DNA of 64,000 nucleotides from Tubiluchus corallicola (lineage: Eukaryota; Animalia; Priapulida), in NCBI GenBank assembly GCA_030141605.1, contig JAQGDQ010000039.1, positions 248,001 to 312,000 on the forward strand. Reading direction: 5' to 3'. The position numbers were made by a program, and so were the translations under genes. Positions 1-11,845 of this stretch are shown here, piece by piece. The stretch's first letter is position 1. Each line of letters opens with the position of its first letter. The notes beneath the pieces are model-generated. The model was given only the letters and a program-made list of their open reading frames with translations. It had not been told where the DNA came from and ran no database searches.

Positions 1-550
1 CTTGATTTAGCTTTTTTCCTTGAGATACACCAACTGAACCTCTCTCCCCACTGTTAGTTGAGCATGACAGCTGGAGGAATTGGATGTAAGCCTGTGTACG
101 TACGTACAAGGCATGTAAGTATTCAATATGATTCGTTAATGACGAAGGGTGTAAGCGCAATAATAAGGGTGTAAGCGCAACAGATCTAACTCTGCAAGTC
201 TGGTGCATAAAAGGCAACCATATATGAATCATTTTCAGCACACTTGGTTTACATATCTGAAAGCTGAAACCACAGCACATATAAAATATAGAAATTTATT
301 TCAAGTCACGTAATTAGTTTGCTTCCATGTTTATGCAATATTGTTCTTTACTAAAGGTCTGGTAACCGAAAAAAGAAATAAAGGGAGACTGGAATAGAAG
401 GACGTAGAAAGAGAGAGAAATTGAAAAAAGGAAATGACGAAAGAAAGAAAGCAGCCAACCAAGAAAAAGCAAACAGAATGGCAAAAGAGAGAAAGAACGA
501 AAAGTAAAAGAAAAAGAGGAAGTGAAGGAGAAAACGAAAAATCAGCTTAC

Positions 551-676
551 GGCAGAGAGCAGGTGGTCCAGGAGCTTCATCTGATCCATCAAGGCAGTCA
601 TTCGTCATATCACAGACACCAGTACGAGGGATGCAAGCAGAGTAATCCTCACATAAAAAGTTGTCACCTGTACAAC
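551..676 (-). CDS. Gene A exon 9, LDLa
   Basis: [41 protein letters not shown]; DxSDE motif; phase 1-1, 126 nt. Confidence 0.9.
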
Positions 677-1959
677 CTATTTAAACACTTCATATGAAAT
701 TTCTGGCATAGGTCATATTTGTAGTCGTATTTAAAACCTGCTGGGTACTTTTTATACACCGTTTTAAACTGTATATACTTACTAAATTTACTCATGGAAT
801 AACACAGCCCTTGTATTATTCCACGAGTAATTAGAAGGAGAAGGAATGCAAGCAAAATAATCCTCGCATAAGAAGTTGTCACCTGTACAGCCTATTAAAA
901 CACTTAAGTAATCTTACCATAAATTTTTTTGGTTGAACATCAATGAAATTGAATAAAATACAGACATAGCCGTAATACTGAAATACATATGATAAGGGAG
1001 AATGTTGATGTATTCAGAATAAGCCATCAGAGGCAGGTATCTCACAGATAAGTTCATCAAAGCAACCAGTTTTTTTTCTGTTGCAGTTACATCAACATCC
1101 TTGTTGTGCATTGTTTCCTTCGTATGTATTTTTCCTTGCCTACGTAAAAAAGCTGTATTTAGTTTCAGAAATAAACTGTTTTTGAGTCAGAATACTGTTA
1201 CTAATAACTTGCTACAATACTGATACAATTTTTAGATCGAACATTTTAAGTCGTGCCAAAGAATTTTATATACCCGTTGTAACTAACACTTTCTTTTATA
1301 TAAGCGTATTATGTTTCTATAAACTAAGACTGTGCGTTTTTTACTTGTGCCTTATTTTTGTTCTTGTTTTATGGACTTTAAATGTCTGAAATAAAATAAA
1401 CAATAAAAAATAATAGTATGGCAAAAACTACGCGGTAAATACAGTAGCAACAAGTGAGAATCCAAAGAAAATAAAATTGATGGAACTGAATTATTTCTCA
1501 ATTCTGCTTAACTCATTTAATTATTTATTATGAGATTATTGTAGTAAGCATTATAAAATAATCAATATAAAAGTCACAAAAGACCAAATTAATGACATAA
1601 AAGCATATTTGTAAAGCTAGATTAGAGTTAAACAAATAAAATATTTTCTACTGCAGTTTTGTAGACACACCATTCGTCTAGGTACATACATTGTTATTAA
1701 TGTGTATGCATACAATCCATTCAAAGATATTTACTTAAATTCATAAAACATTTACACATGGCAGGAAACAATGATTTATAATAGATTTCCAGTTCATATA
1801 GCTTGATTGAGCCAGATACTTTCTGTTGACAATGGTAAACGATTGTGCACGTTTTACGACTGTTTGGTGGAAATTTTGGCGAATATTTAGCGACTGTTGG
1901 ACCATTAAGTTCTTCTAGGTTTTGAAACTGGCTGCAGATTGTAAGTACACACATGTATA

Positions 1960-1990
<31 letters not shown>

Positions 1991-4900
1991 TATGTGTTAA
2001 AAATACGTAACGGTAGTAAGCTAGTAGTTTAAACTTAAAAATATAAATGTGACCTCACGGCCGGCTTCCCTCTACTTAAACATATTAGCGAGTTAGTTCC
2101 GTTTTTGCTACGAAGAAGTACTAACTTGTTGCTCTTATGCTTTTTTATTCCGTCACGATACTACCCCGAATTTAAATTAAGTGTAAAAATAAGTTGCGAG
2201 CGACATCAAACCGTTAGTCAAGAACATTATGCGTATGTGACGTAATTATAATTCTGAAACCTTTATTTGTTAAATGTTTAGCTATATTTGCTTGCTCCAC
2301 AAAATATTAGTCAATAAACGACCAATTTACATCTATAATAAGCTAAATTTCAATTGTAACATGATCTCTAGACAGTAAAATTTACTTTTTATTTCTGTTG
2401 CAAAATCTAATTCTGGTACAAGACGGTTTATAGCCAGGGCAAGCAGGCAATTAGTATGCAATCAAAACTGAATTCAATAAAATCACAAAAATTGAAACTT
2501 TTAAAAATGAATTCAGTGAACTACTATAATTAATCATTAGCTACAATATATTTTATGTTATTTTTAACTCTAATCTAGCTTTTATGACGTTAATTAGGAT
2601 TTTTTTAATTTTTATATTGATTATTTATACTGTTTACTTCTATACAGTACACCATTGTAAACTGTGCAAAGAAAAATATAAAATGGGGACTGTATATGGA
2701 CTGTAAACATAAGTAGAATAAATATATGAAAACATTACAAAGCTTTCAACGAGGTCCGCTAACTGGGCACCTCAGTCCTTACAAGCACATGTAACGAAGA
2801 ATAACCAACAAAGAAAAAGAAGAAAGCTATCTTTTTAAAACTTACAGCAGTCAAGTGTACGGGTACCATCGCAGACTTCAGCAGTTGCACAGGATCCGTC
2901 ACCACAGTCAACTTTACCAATCTCCTCACAAGCTGTATAATAAAAACGCCAAGTTATTGTGGTATAAACCAATAATATACTAGATTGTGATTTATTTGTT
3001 GCGCAAAACAGAAAGCTTTTTAGGAAACTAGGCTTTTGTGTCTCACTACCCCTAAAATTATTTTCCTCGCAAATTATGGATGGTCAAAACACATCTATTC
3101 TAACATTTAAATCAGTGGTGTATTATTATTGCAATTAATTTTACTACTGATCATAATTATGTTTTAATTCATTGTGAAACTTGCAACAATAAGTGGAAAA
3201 CGTGAAGCAATCAGTCTATATTTTTCGTACAAGAACAATCTGTACCAGATACCAGTACCAGATATAGCGCAGCTAAAATTACTGACTGATGAAGAACTAT
3301 TCTAAAGAGATATACATTGCAGCAGCAAATCTGCTTAAATCATTTATAACATAAAAATTGCTTATCATAATTAGGTAAAGGTGTAACGGATCGTAAAGAA
3401 GAAAAGGGATCGTACGTAATTCCGTCTCGCAGGTAAAACCTGTGTAACGTTCTCCACAGATGCATCTAAACAAACGTCCATAGTCGTAGTCGTACACGCA
3501 AGTGCCATGATTCTCACACGGGTTGCTCTCACAATAATCTAAATTTAAAAAAAAACAGCAAAGTTCAATTTTCCACGTACTAGCAAAAAATTGAGCTAAC
3601 ATGCCAAAAATAAACACATTTTAATAATAATAATTGTTAATTAGTACTAAAAATTGCTTTATAAACAGTAGCAGGCAGACTTTCAGGCTAAGGCGCACAT
3701 CAAAGACATAGTTCAAATCAAATATACTGTTACGAGTAACACCACAGCGCCTGTTTCCTAAGAGTAGCGTGAGGCACACTGAATTCTGGCGTGTTCATTG
3801 TATACAAATCGTCTGATCATCATCACCACCAACATTACAATATTCTTCTGAATTGCTAAGGCAGTATTAGCAAAAATACTACGTACGAGGACGACATCCA
3901 CCATACCCATCTTCTGCGTAGCCTGGAGCACAACGACAGAATCCCATTTCCAGGGACTTCGTAATATCTTTCTTACGACAATCAGCATTATCGTCTTTAC
4001 ATTGCTCCTTGGTAAGGCATGGCTCCCCCACATCGGCAGCTAATATGTAAAAATATTTATGATGGCGTATCGTACTTATGAAGCTTAAAATGATTTAAAA
4101 AAATCTCTAACACTAACCAGTAATCAAAACAATGTCGTGCTGATGGGTCTGCTCAGAAACGTCAATAGGCCAATAGATGGAAGAACTATTGGACTATTTG
4201 GGTAAATGACCGATTATGATAGCAACCGTGTTTTTCATATCGAGTATATTTGTCAACGAAGAATAAACTAATTAGATGTCAACTAGCACTAACAGACTGA
4301 GAAAATCTAATTGGTCTAATAATTACAAACTAGGTAACATAGGTCAATAAAATACCGATTACTTCATTACAAGCCTAGAAGCTTTTCAGGAAAAAGTCCT
4401 AGAGTGTCAATATGGATGCAAAACCGAAAAATAATATTTTGTTGTCAAGCAGAAAATAAAAATAAAGTAGGTATCTTGCATCTAAGATCTCCTAGGGTGC
4501 AACCAGTGCACTCCAGCAACAAAAAAGCAAATCACCTACGAGGAGCAAAAAACTAGTGCACACGCCAAATGGGACTCGACTAGGTTGACAACAGAAATTT
4601 GCAGATATGCAGAAGTTGAGCACCCGTGTTTGTTTCTATATGTTCTTAGTTACTTCTGTTACACTCATTAATCCATTAACCCTCTAGTCCTCTATAAATG
4701 TACGTCTGAATATCATTTTTACAAAACAAACTTAACTCTACCCTGATCCTCATTGAGCATCATCACAAAATCATCAATAGCGCATGTTTTGAAATTTGAC
4801 ATCAGAAAGATTCACAAAAATGATGGTAACTACTGACTTCAGCCACTTACCAAGTTACTTACCAAAGTTAAAATTCGCTGCTTCGTATCTGCGAATCCGT

Positions 4901-7900
4901 TCTTTACATTCGAGGCTGCCCCTATATATTTTTTGCAATAAAAGATATCATTAGATAAAAGCACACTACTGGTTATTTTTGGCGTTACTCCGAAAATGTG
5001 AATATTATACTAATTCACCTTTATTCGTCTTCAACAATTTGCAGGCCTTCACTTGCATGGCTTCAGTTCACATTTGATGTACTTGCGAATATAGCACATT
5101 ATAGTACACGTACGTATAACATGGCTGAGGCACCTATGCCGATTCAGTGGCTCACCTTAGAAAGATATCCTTGAGCATATGAGAGATTCTAGTCACAGTG
5201 AAGTATAAAAAATTGTAGCGTAAGAAAACTGTATTTCGTGACCGAGACTCCAACTAAGTAGTAGTCAATTATATATATATAATTGCAGTTATTTCTGGAC
5301 GTTACGTAATCAAGATGTTTTAACAAATACACATTTTACAATTAGCAAGCTTTCAGAAATATATAAAGAAGCAAACTTAACTTTCACAGAAATTAGCACA
5401 AAAGCAGTAAAACTGGGATTATAAGTCACATTTAGCAACGCTTGGCAATTCAGTGCACTACATTTTATCACCAATGGACAACAAATAATTTCTTGTGAAA
5501 TTATGAATAGCCTCAAGTTTATTTGTTTCAATACTTACATGAACTTTCCAATTTTGTTATCACATCCTAATGCAAGCGTTTCTGAGTACCAGGGCTGCTT
5601 ACTTGGTCCATTCCAAGGATAACTGATGGTTATTGAACTCTACAGACATGAAATTTTGTAAAAAAAACTCTATTGAAGATAGGTATAGTTATCTTTAAAG
5701 TGTCTCGGACAAAAGAATATAAATGTTCTAATAACATCTAATAACGCAAATTTAAATCTTAATACCAAGAATAGACACTCCACAATTAACAAAAAGCGTT
5801 AACTCTGCCAGTTGAAACAATCTGTTAACTTACTGCAATGAAGACTCTGCTTGAAGGGCCAGTAATCCCACTTTGCTAGAATGGCTTTTATGGTCTAATA
5901 AATGGATCTCTATACTACAGTATGATCTACAGTCAGCTGCTTGGAATGTGTTCATGTCTTCAGTTTCTAAGAACTTAGCATACAGTTTTACTTTTTCATA
6001 TGATCAAAACAGTCTGAGATCAAAATTGTGTAATTTATGACACTGGATTTTAAATTTCATTTTACTGTGTTTTCCTGCTCACTTTATTTGTTTCGTTTTA
6101 TGGATAATAAGGAGTATCATAGACAAGTGTTTTTTCTTGATATTCCGTCTACAAATAGGCTACTATTTACTTAGTTTTATGAATTTTTTGTATATTTTAA
6201 CAATACGGAAAAGCACAAAGAAGTATATGATTTTTTTCTCATAAACCTTAGCTGTAGTTCGAGCTGTTTTTAACCGTGACGTTTTTCTTTAATTATGAAC
6301 GCAAATTATAATATAATTAATTACAATGCAAATTAAATATTGCAAGGAGTATCGTTACGAGAGTAATATCAATAACCAGGCGTGTTAACAAATAGGCTAA
6401 CTAGTCTGTAGTCCAGGGCGCCAAGTTTTCAGGGACGCCAGAATATGCGCCCAGTGTTAAAAAAATCTTATTCTCTTCGGAAAATGTGTGTCCTTTTATA
6501 TTCATAAAAGCGCGTATTATAACACACCAAAAGCAGTTATTGGGTTCACTGCTTATATAAGTGCTACGTAACAAACAAGTACAACAGGGTACTGCACCAC
6601 AAGTAGTTTCGCATCCTGCTTAGACAGACCTATGAACACTAAGCAAATATAACAAGTATGTTATATGCGCTTGATATATATAAGCAATCATAACTCCATA
6701 ATAAAGATGGTTGTGAAAGAACTATCAACCTAGGATGTCCCTATTAACTTAAAATACCTGCCAACAACCGGCTAAAGCTATTAATACAGGTAAATGGGTG
6801 AGAGAGAAAGCTAAAATCATGGGACAGCAGCATGTTGATAATGTAAAAGAAAGCAGAGGAACAAGTCAAGCAGGCAACGTGATCTCTTAGTTATTAGCGC
6901 ACTTGAGTGAAATTTAATAATAATTGTCTATACTGTTAGGCCACTATAATTTCTCACCTTAAAAGCATAATACGATGAACCACACCCAACGTCATTAAAA
7001 TTGATTACGTAGTAGAAAAATTTTCTGCCAAGGCCATTAGCAAGACAGCGTTTATTATTCCTATGACCTGACCCTCGTTGGTCATTGTAATCTGGCTTTT
7101 GCTGATCATAGTAACCTGGTATTTGTTGATCATGGTAACCTGGTCTTCGTTGATCATAGTAACGTGGTCTTCGTTGATCATAGTAACGTGGTCTTCGTTG
7201 ATCATGGTAATCTGGTCTTCGTTGATCATGGTAATCTGGTCTTCGTTGATCATAGTAACGTGGTCTTCGTTGATCATAGTAATCTGGTTTTTGTTGGTAT
7301 TCTTTATAATTGGTAATTCTTCCTGGGCCGAAGTTATCTGCTAATTTCACTGTTCCATGAAATTCGTAAGCGAACTTCAACCCGACAACCATGTAACCAC
7401 ATTCCTCGTCACAATACGTTTCTACGTCTAAAATAAAATTGCGAATTAAACTCATCATCAAACGAAATGTAGGACTATTATAAACTGTAGGACTTAAAAT
7501 AGGAGAGCTCTCCTAAGACTTGTCATATTTAGCATGAATAAAACGTTGAGTGGCCTTTATAGTATAAAAATAAATTATTTCTTTCTTTCATGAGCTCTTG
7601 CCCTACCCACGCTTAGGTTGATGAGGTCCATTAGAGCGAAAACTCCTAAAAGAAAGAAAAAAATTTTTCTATTAAGAGATTATAAAGGGCATCCAACCTT
7701 TTATTAACGTTAAATGTTAGCTGTCTTTTACTAAATAATTGTTCAGTGCTACACCAAATTAGGGACAGATACTTTCGAATGTTGAGTCTTGTTGGTAATC
7801 AACATTTTTAAATGCTATTTTTACACATTTTCAAATACCCTGTCTAAACCGATGATAGTGACAAACATTTTTTTTAATTCTGCGGCTGAGTAATATGCAA

Positions 7901-9429
7901 TTGAAACTTACATCTGACTGGTAAAAAAGCGTTCTTAAATGCTATTCCTTATTGTTGACAACATTTTAAATAAATACTATACTTAGATGGTAGCGTAACA
8001 CATTTCTACCTGCAATACTTACCTAGAAAACGAATGTCTTCATACATCTGCACAATTTCAAAAGTGCATATAGATTAATTAGTAAGGTATTTTCAAGAGT
8101 TACTGCTAACTGCAGTGAGGCAATATTTTCAAATACTGCGCCAGTTGATCAAGGAGTGCCAGTGCTAGGAGGAACAACTGAAAGTTTCAGTCAGTGTTTG
8201 GCAATGCAAGTTAAACAACACTATGCCTGTATGTTTAATAAATGGGCGGGCAGCAGTCACATTCTACTATAGTACTTCTAGCTGTTACCCTTTAGAGAGG
8301 ATGTAAACATTGTACACACATTTGTACATGGTAAAAAATCTTGTTGGTTCAGTACCTCACAGAGGATTATCTTTTCAGCATTATTTACAATGCCTTGAAG
8401 AAATCATTGAAGTGTCCTTATGGAAGATTCAAGAAAATCAGTTGGTTATCACCAAGTCCAAAGATTTATGACAGTTGGTGAGACAAGTTAAAGATACTCA
8501 TGATTAAATAAAGAAAGACAAGATAAGAGAAAGAAAGACACGACAAGATAAAGAAAGACAAGATAAGATAAGAAAGACAAGATAAAGATAAAGATGACAG
8601 ATACTGTTACGCGCATCTTCATGTCAATGAATATTTATTGTATGATATGATATAAATTAAATATATGATTAAAACGATGTCATATTTTGATCACCAGCTC
8701 GTTTTCATACATTAATGATAAAATAAAGTGTCACCATCACGAGTCTGCTTTGGTAAACCTCTAGCCACAAGCAGAATTTAAAAACGCCTTGTAACTAATG
8801 TTGTTTGCGAGAGGTGTTGTATAATAGTGATAGTGTTTCTCCAAGTCTGGTGCTATTTTGCGCATATATCTAGTAGATTCTAAATACTTTGGTGTGGATC
8901 ATTACTTACTTCTAATCAACTTTCGATGACGCCGATTTCGGTATGAACCATACTGTTGACATTCGACCGACAACCTAAAAATAAACAATGGAGTTTAAAA
9001 CCTTCAACGTCATCAGGAGAAAACCTGTTATCATTGTTGTCCAGCTATAACAGATGTGATTGTCTCTCTTCTTGTCATAACGCTGTGGCCACGTATTGTC
9101 AATGTTGTTACTGTTGTTGTTGTTAGTGGTGAGGTGGTAGTGGTGGTGGTGGTGGTGGTGGTGTTGGCGTTGGTAGTGGTGGTGCTTTGCTTTCGTTGGT
9201 GTTGTTGTTATTGTTGTTGTCGTTGCTGCTGTTGATACTGTCAATATTAATAGCGTCATAATAAATTATCTACATTACAGATCCGTATATCAATACTTTT
9301 TACTTTCTCAGTTGAGTATCAGTAATCTGATACGTTTACAACAAACTTTAACCTGATTAAAGTAATGATTTAATTTTCTACTTACAATAAGATGGACAAT
9401 ATGATCTGCAATGTGAACATAACGTCCAT
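551..9429 (-). CDS. Gene A (3'-partial): secreted ZP-N-like/Tyr-rich repeat/EB/EGF/LDLa protein
   Basis: Nine phase-compatible GT-AG exons: 9386-9429, 8910-8974, 6958-7427, 5539-5639, 4863-4921, 3887-4039, 3416-3538, 2846-2932, 551-676. N-terminus MDVMFTLQIILSILLLSVEC|QQYGSYRNRRHRKLIRNVETYC. Colinear with genes B and C; continues past position 1. Confidence 0.85.
845..889 (-). pseudogene. Partial duplicate of the 5' part of LDLa exon 9
   Basis: ag-GC TGT ACA GGT GAC AAC TTC TTA TGC GAG GAT TAT TTT GCT TGC ATT CCT ([16 protein letters not shown]), then unrelated sequence and a stop. Confidence 0.75.
2846..2932 (-). CDS. Gene A exon 8, truncated LDLa-like
   Basis: CEEIGKVDCGDGSCATAEVCDGTRTLDC; ag/gtaagt; 87 nt, phase 1-1. 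Confidence 0.85.
3416..3538 (-). CDS. Gene A exon 7, EGF
   Basis: [40 protein letters not shown]; 123 nt, phase 1-1. Confidence 0.9.
3887..4039 (-). CDS. Gene A exon 6, EB/EGF-like 6-Cys module
   Basis: [49 protein letters not shown]; 153 nt. Confidence 0.85.
4863..4921 (-). CDS. Gene A exon 5, linker with RIRR
   Basis: [19 protein letters not shown]; 59 nt, phase 2-1; homologous exons at 20259 and 53665. Confidence 0.85.
5539..5639 (-). CDS. Gene A exon 4, C-terminal part of ZP-N-like domain
   Basis: SSITISYPWNGPSKQPWYSETLALGCDNKIGKF; 101 nt, phase 0-2. Confidence 0.85.
6958..7427 (-). CDS. Gene A exon 3, ZP-N-like domain with 24-bp (YYDQRRPx) repeat insert
   Basis: [30 protein letters not shown]...[about 10 octapeptides]...[31 protein letters not shown]; ag/gtgaga. 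Confidence 0.88.
8910..8974 (-). CDS. Gene A exon 2, end of signal peptide
   Basis: LSVECQQYGSYRNRRHRKLIR; phase 2-1; tttag/gtaagt. Confidence 0.8.
9386..9429 (-). CDS. Gene A exon 1, signal peptide
   Basis: ATG GAC GTT ATG TTC...= MDVMFTLQIILSIL + gtaagtag; 44 nt, as in B and C. Confidence 0.8.
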
Positions 9430-9680
9430 TCGGCCCTGTGGCTTGCTGTTTTCCTACGTTCGACGTTTGTGAAAAAATGTATTTTTTGTCACTCAGGTAC
9501 TGCCGAAACAAGTTCGACTCAAACTATTGGTAGAAGGATTCGTTAAAGTCGAGACTGTGATCTGACACCGTCAACAGATGCGAATTTAGCACTTTTTCAA
9601 AATTAAAAGTTACAGTCCAAATACTTTGAAGCTGATGTACAACACTACACACAAATTCCGAATTGTCTACCACATTCACC
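9430..9680 (-). promoter_or_regulatory. Conserved 5' flank (5'UTR/promoter) of gene A
   Basis: 9430-9590 is strongly similar to 38032-38190; the motif at about 9620-9670 recurs at about 38860 and about 59010. Confidence 0.4.
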
Positions 9681-10892
9681 TAAAACTGTTTAAATACTCA
9701 GGTCGTGCGACGTTCATTAGACAGTTTTTACAGGCTTTTAATGATGCTCGCTTATTGTGATTAGTCAACAAACAAAGGTAAAGAAAGCGGTCGTAAACTA
9801 AGTATTATAACGACACTATAACCTATACTGTTAATTGGTTTTTCTGACTGAAATGTCGCTTTTGCTATTAATTTTGGAATGGGGACATTGCCGCTCTCTC
9901 TTAATGAAGTGGATGACCTGTCAACGTAGAGGTGAAAAGTAGTGAGTTTTCTGTATCGGTTGAGAAAATCGTTTTCTGAAACTTTCATTCTTTCAACATA
10001 ATTTTGGACGCTCATAGCTGTACTAATACCGTGGTTATGGAATAGCATTCAGCATGAACTATGTATATATGTGTACATACATTATATGGATCCATATAAA
10101 TTATTTTGAATAATGCGGATTCATGTGTGGAACTTTTTCAGTTTGACATGAAACTTTGCAACAACCTTATAACCAATTAAAGTAACGATTTAATTTCTAC
10201 TGTTGTAGATAATGTTTTTATTGCAAGTCATTAATTTCTGTCTTTAATTGGCTAGGTTGGCTAAATCTGTTAGACTTTTTGTTTATTATTTATTTTATTT
10301 TATTTTATTTTGAGTTTATTTTAATGCATAACAAGCATCTCTGCACGGTAAAAACTTGTCTGAAAATCACGTATATATATTATATATACGGCTTCGGAAG
10401 TGGTGCCGACAAGCCACTGGCATAGCAGTGTGTAGTTTCTTTGCTGGATTACTGCTGTGTTTACCTGTCTGAAGGACAGAATTTCTTTATTTTAGAATTC
10501 TCCCTGCCTAATGCCTACTACAGATGTGATGGTCATATGATGATATATATTATGTTGTTGAATGGTATTGTGTCTAAAATAGAAATTTGAATTTAATTAA
10601 ATTTAATTGTGGTGTCCCTGCATAATTCAGCAAACTGACTTGCCATGTAGCGACTGGTCCACAATTTCTTAACTATTGCAACGGTCCACTAAGGTTTCCT
10701 CACACAATAATCTATTTGAATGGGGCTGGTCTGCTGCCTCGATGGTTGTTCAGTGTGTCTTGAATCTCCTCTCTGCCATTAGTTCTCATCCCTTAAAAGT
10801 AGGCCATACAATTTAAGTTAATTTATTGAGATTATCAATGATATTGAAGCCATTTTTAAAGATTTTTTCGGGTTTTGTAGACACACGGCGCG

Positions 10893-10896
<4 letters not shown>

Positions 10897-10972
<76 letters not shown>
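10897..10972. repeat. (CA)n microsatellite
   Basis: direct inspection. Confidence 0.95.
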
Positions 10973-10974
<2 letters not shown>

Positions 10975-11596
10975 TTTGCACGAACGCTTATCATTACATG
11001 CTCAAAATTACCATTTCGTTCGGTGCATGGCATTGATAGACATCGAATATCAATAAAATTAATGAATGTTTATTTTCCTTCTTCCAGGTTTGGTATTCTC
11101 GAGTTGTAGACCTGTGTGTTTATGATCACCAGGCAATTTAACTGAACTGAACCATCTTGCAGCAGCCGCCCCCTGATGTTAGGTTGTAATATAGCTACAT
11201 TTTATTCTCAGAAAATTTGTAATTTAATCAATCGTCCGTATGTAGTAGTAATAGTGCCGTCCTACAATTAATTACTCAGCTTCTCTTAATAGTATGTTTA
11301 TTGGAAAATCTGGTTAGATTAAATTGACATATATAGGTATGCGTTGCCTTGCATGACATTATTTTTAACGCCAATAAACCAAGTGTACTTTGTTACAATC
11401 AGTATATATAGTATTAATTATTTCGGCAATACATATATGGGTAGCAAGCTAAGTGAACGTAGTAACAATGAAAAGTACTTCGGATATGCATTATCATATG
11501 ATTACAATGCGATTACAGATCAATTCGAGATTACACTAAAAAGCACGCATAAGTGTTCACGTAGACAATATCACTTTTTAGATGTGTTTAAATTGT

Positions 11597-11599
<3 letters not shown>

Positions 11600-11652
<53 letters not shown>

Positions 11653-11665
11653 CCTCTCTGTCTCT
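11600..11665. repeat. (CT)n microsatellite
   Basis: direct inspection. Confidence 0.9.
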
Positions 11666-11831
11666 CTTTCTTTCTCAAAAGTTTATTGAAGTAATGTTTA
11701 TTGGGTCACTGTTTCCAATCTCCAGCATTTAAAATTCACTTTGAAGTTTAAAAATTGCTGTGCGTTTCCTGAATTATTATTGGCTGTAGCAGCTCCAATC
11801 ATGGCCTTGCTTTAGAGAATGCAGTTAGCTG

Positions 11832-11845
11832 TCATTCACACTCTT
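11832..11845 (-). CDS. Gene B terminal exon (KECE*)
   Basis: ttgacag|AA GAG TGT GAA TGA; homologous to gene D terminal exon KECRF*. Confidence 0.75.

Noticed and set aside
351-550. Phe/Leu-rich hydrophobic ORF tails after LDLa exon 9 as a transmembrane anchor (also 15763-15957 and 48536-48771)
   Set aside because: These are pyrimidine-rich intron sequence after a canonical donor, and the frame is not conserved between paralogs. Intron retention cannot be excluded without RNA data.
7075-7305. 24/36-bp periodic arrays as CRISPR-like repeats
   Set aside because: No unique spacers and no cas genes; they are in-frame coding tandem repeats in a eukaryotic exon.
7005-7344. Overlapping ORFs (MINEDHVT..., LIIVTWSS...) and equivalents at 21.6-22.0 and 56.0-56.5 kb
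   Set aside because: Shadow frames of the stop-poor coding repeat.
9308-9511. Apparently conserved ORFs GKQQ..NGRY...VSRKLNHY (also at 37898-38113 and 58433-58618)
   Set aside because: Wrong frame. The conservation reflects the 44-nt signal-peptide exon in another frame plus its gtaagtag donor.
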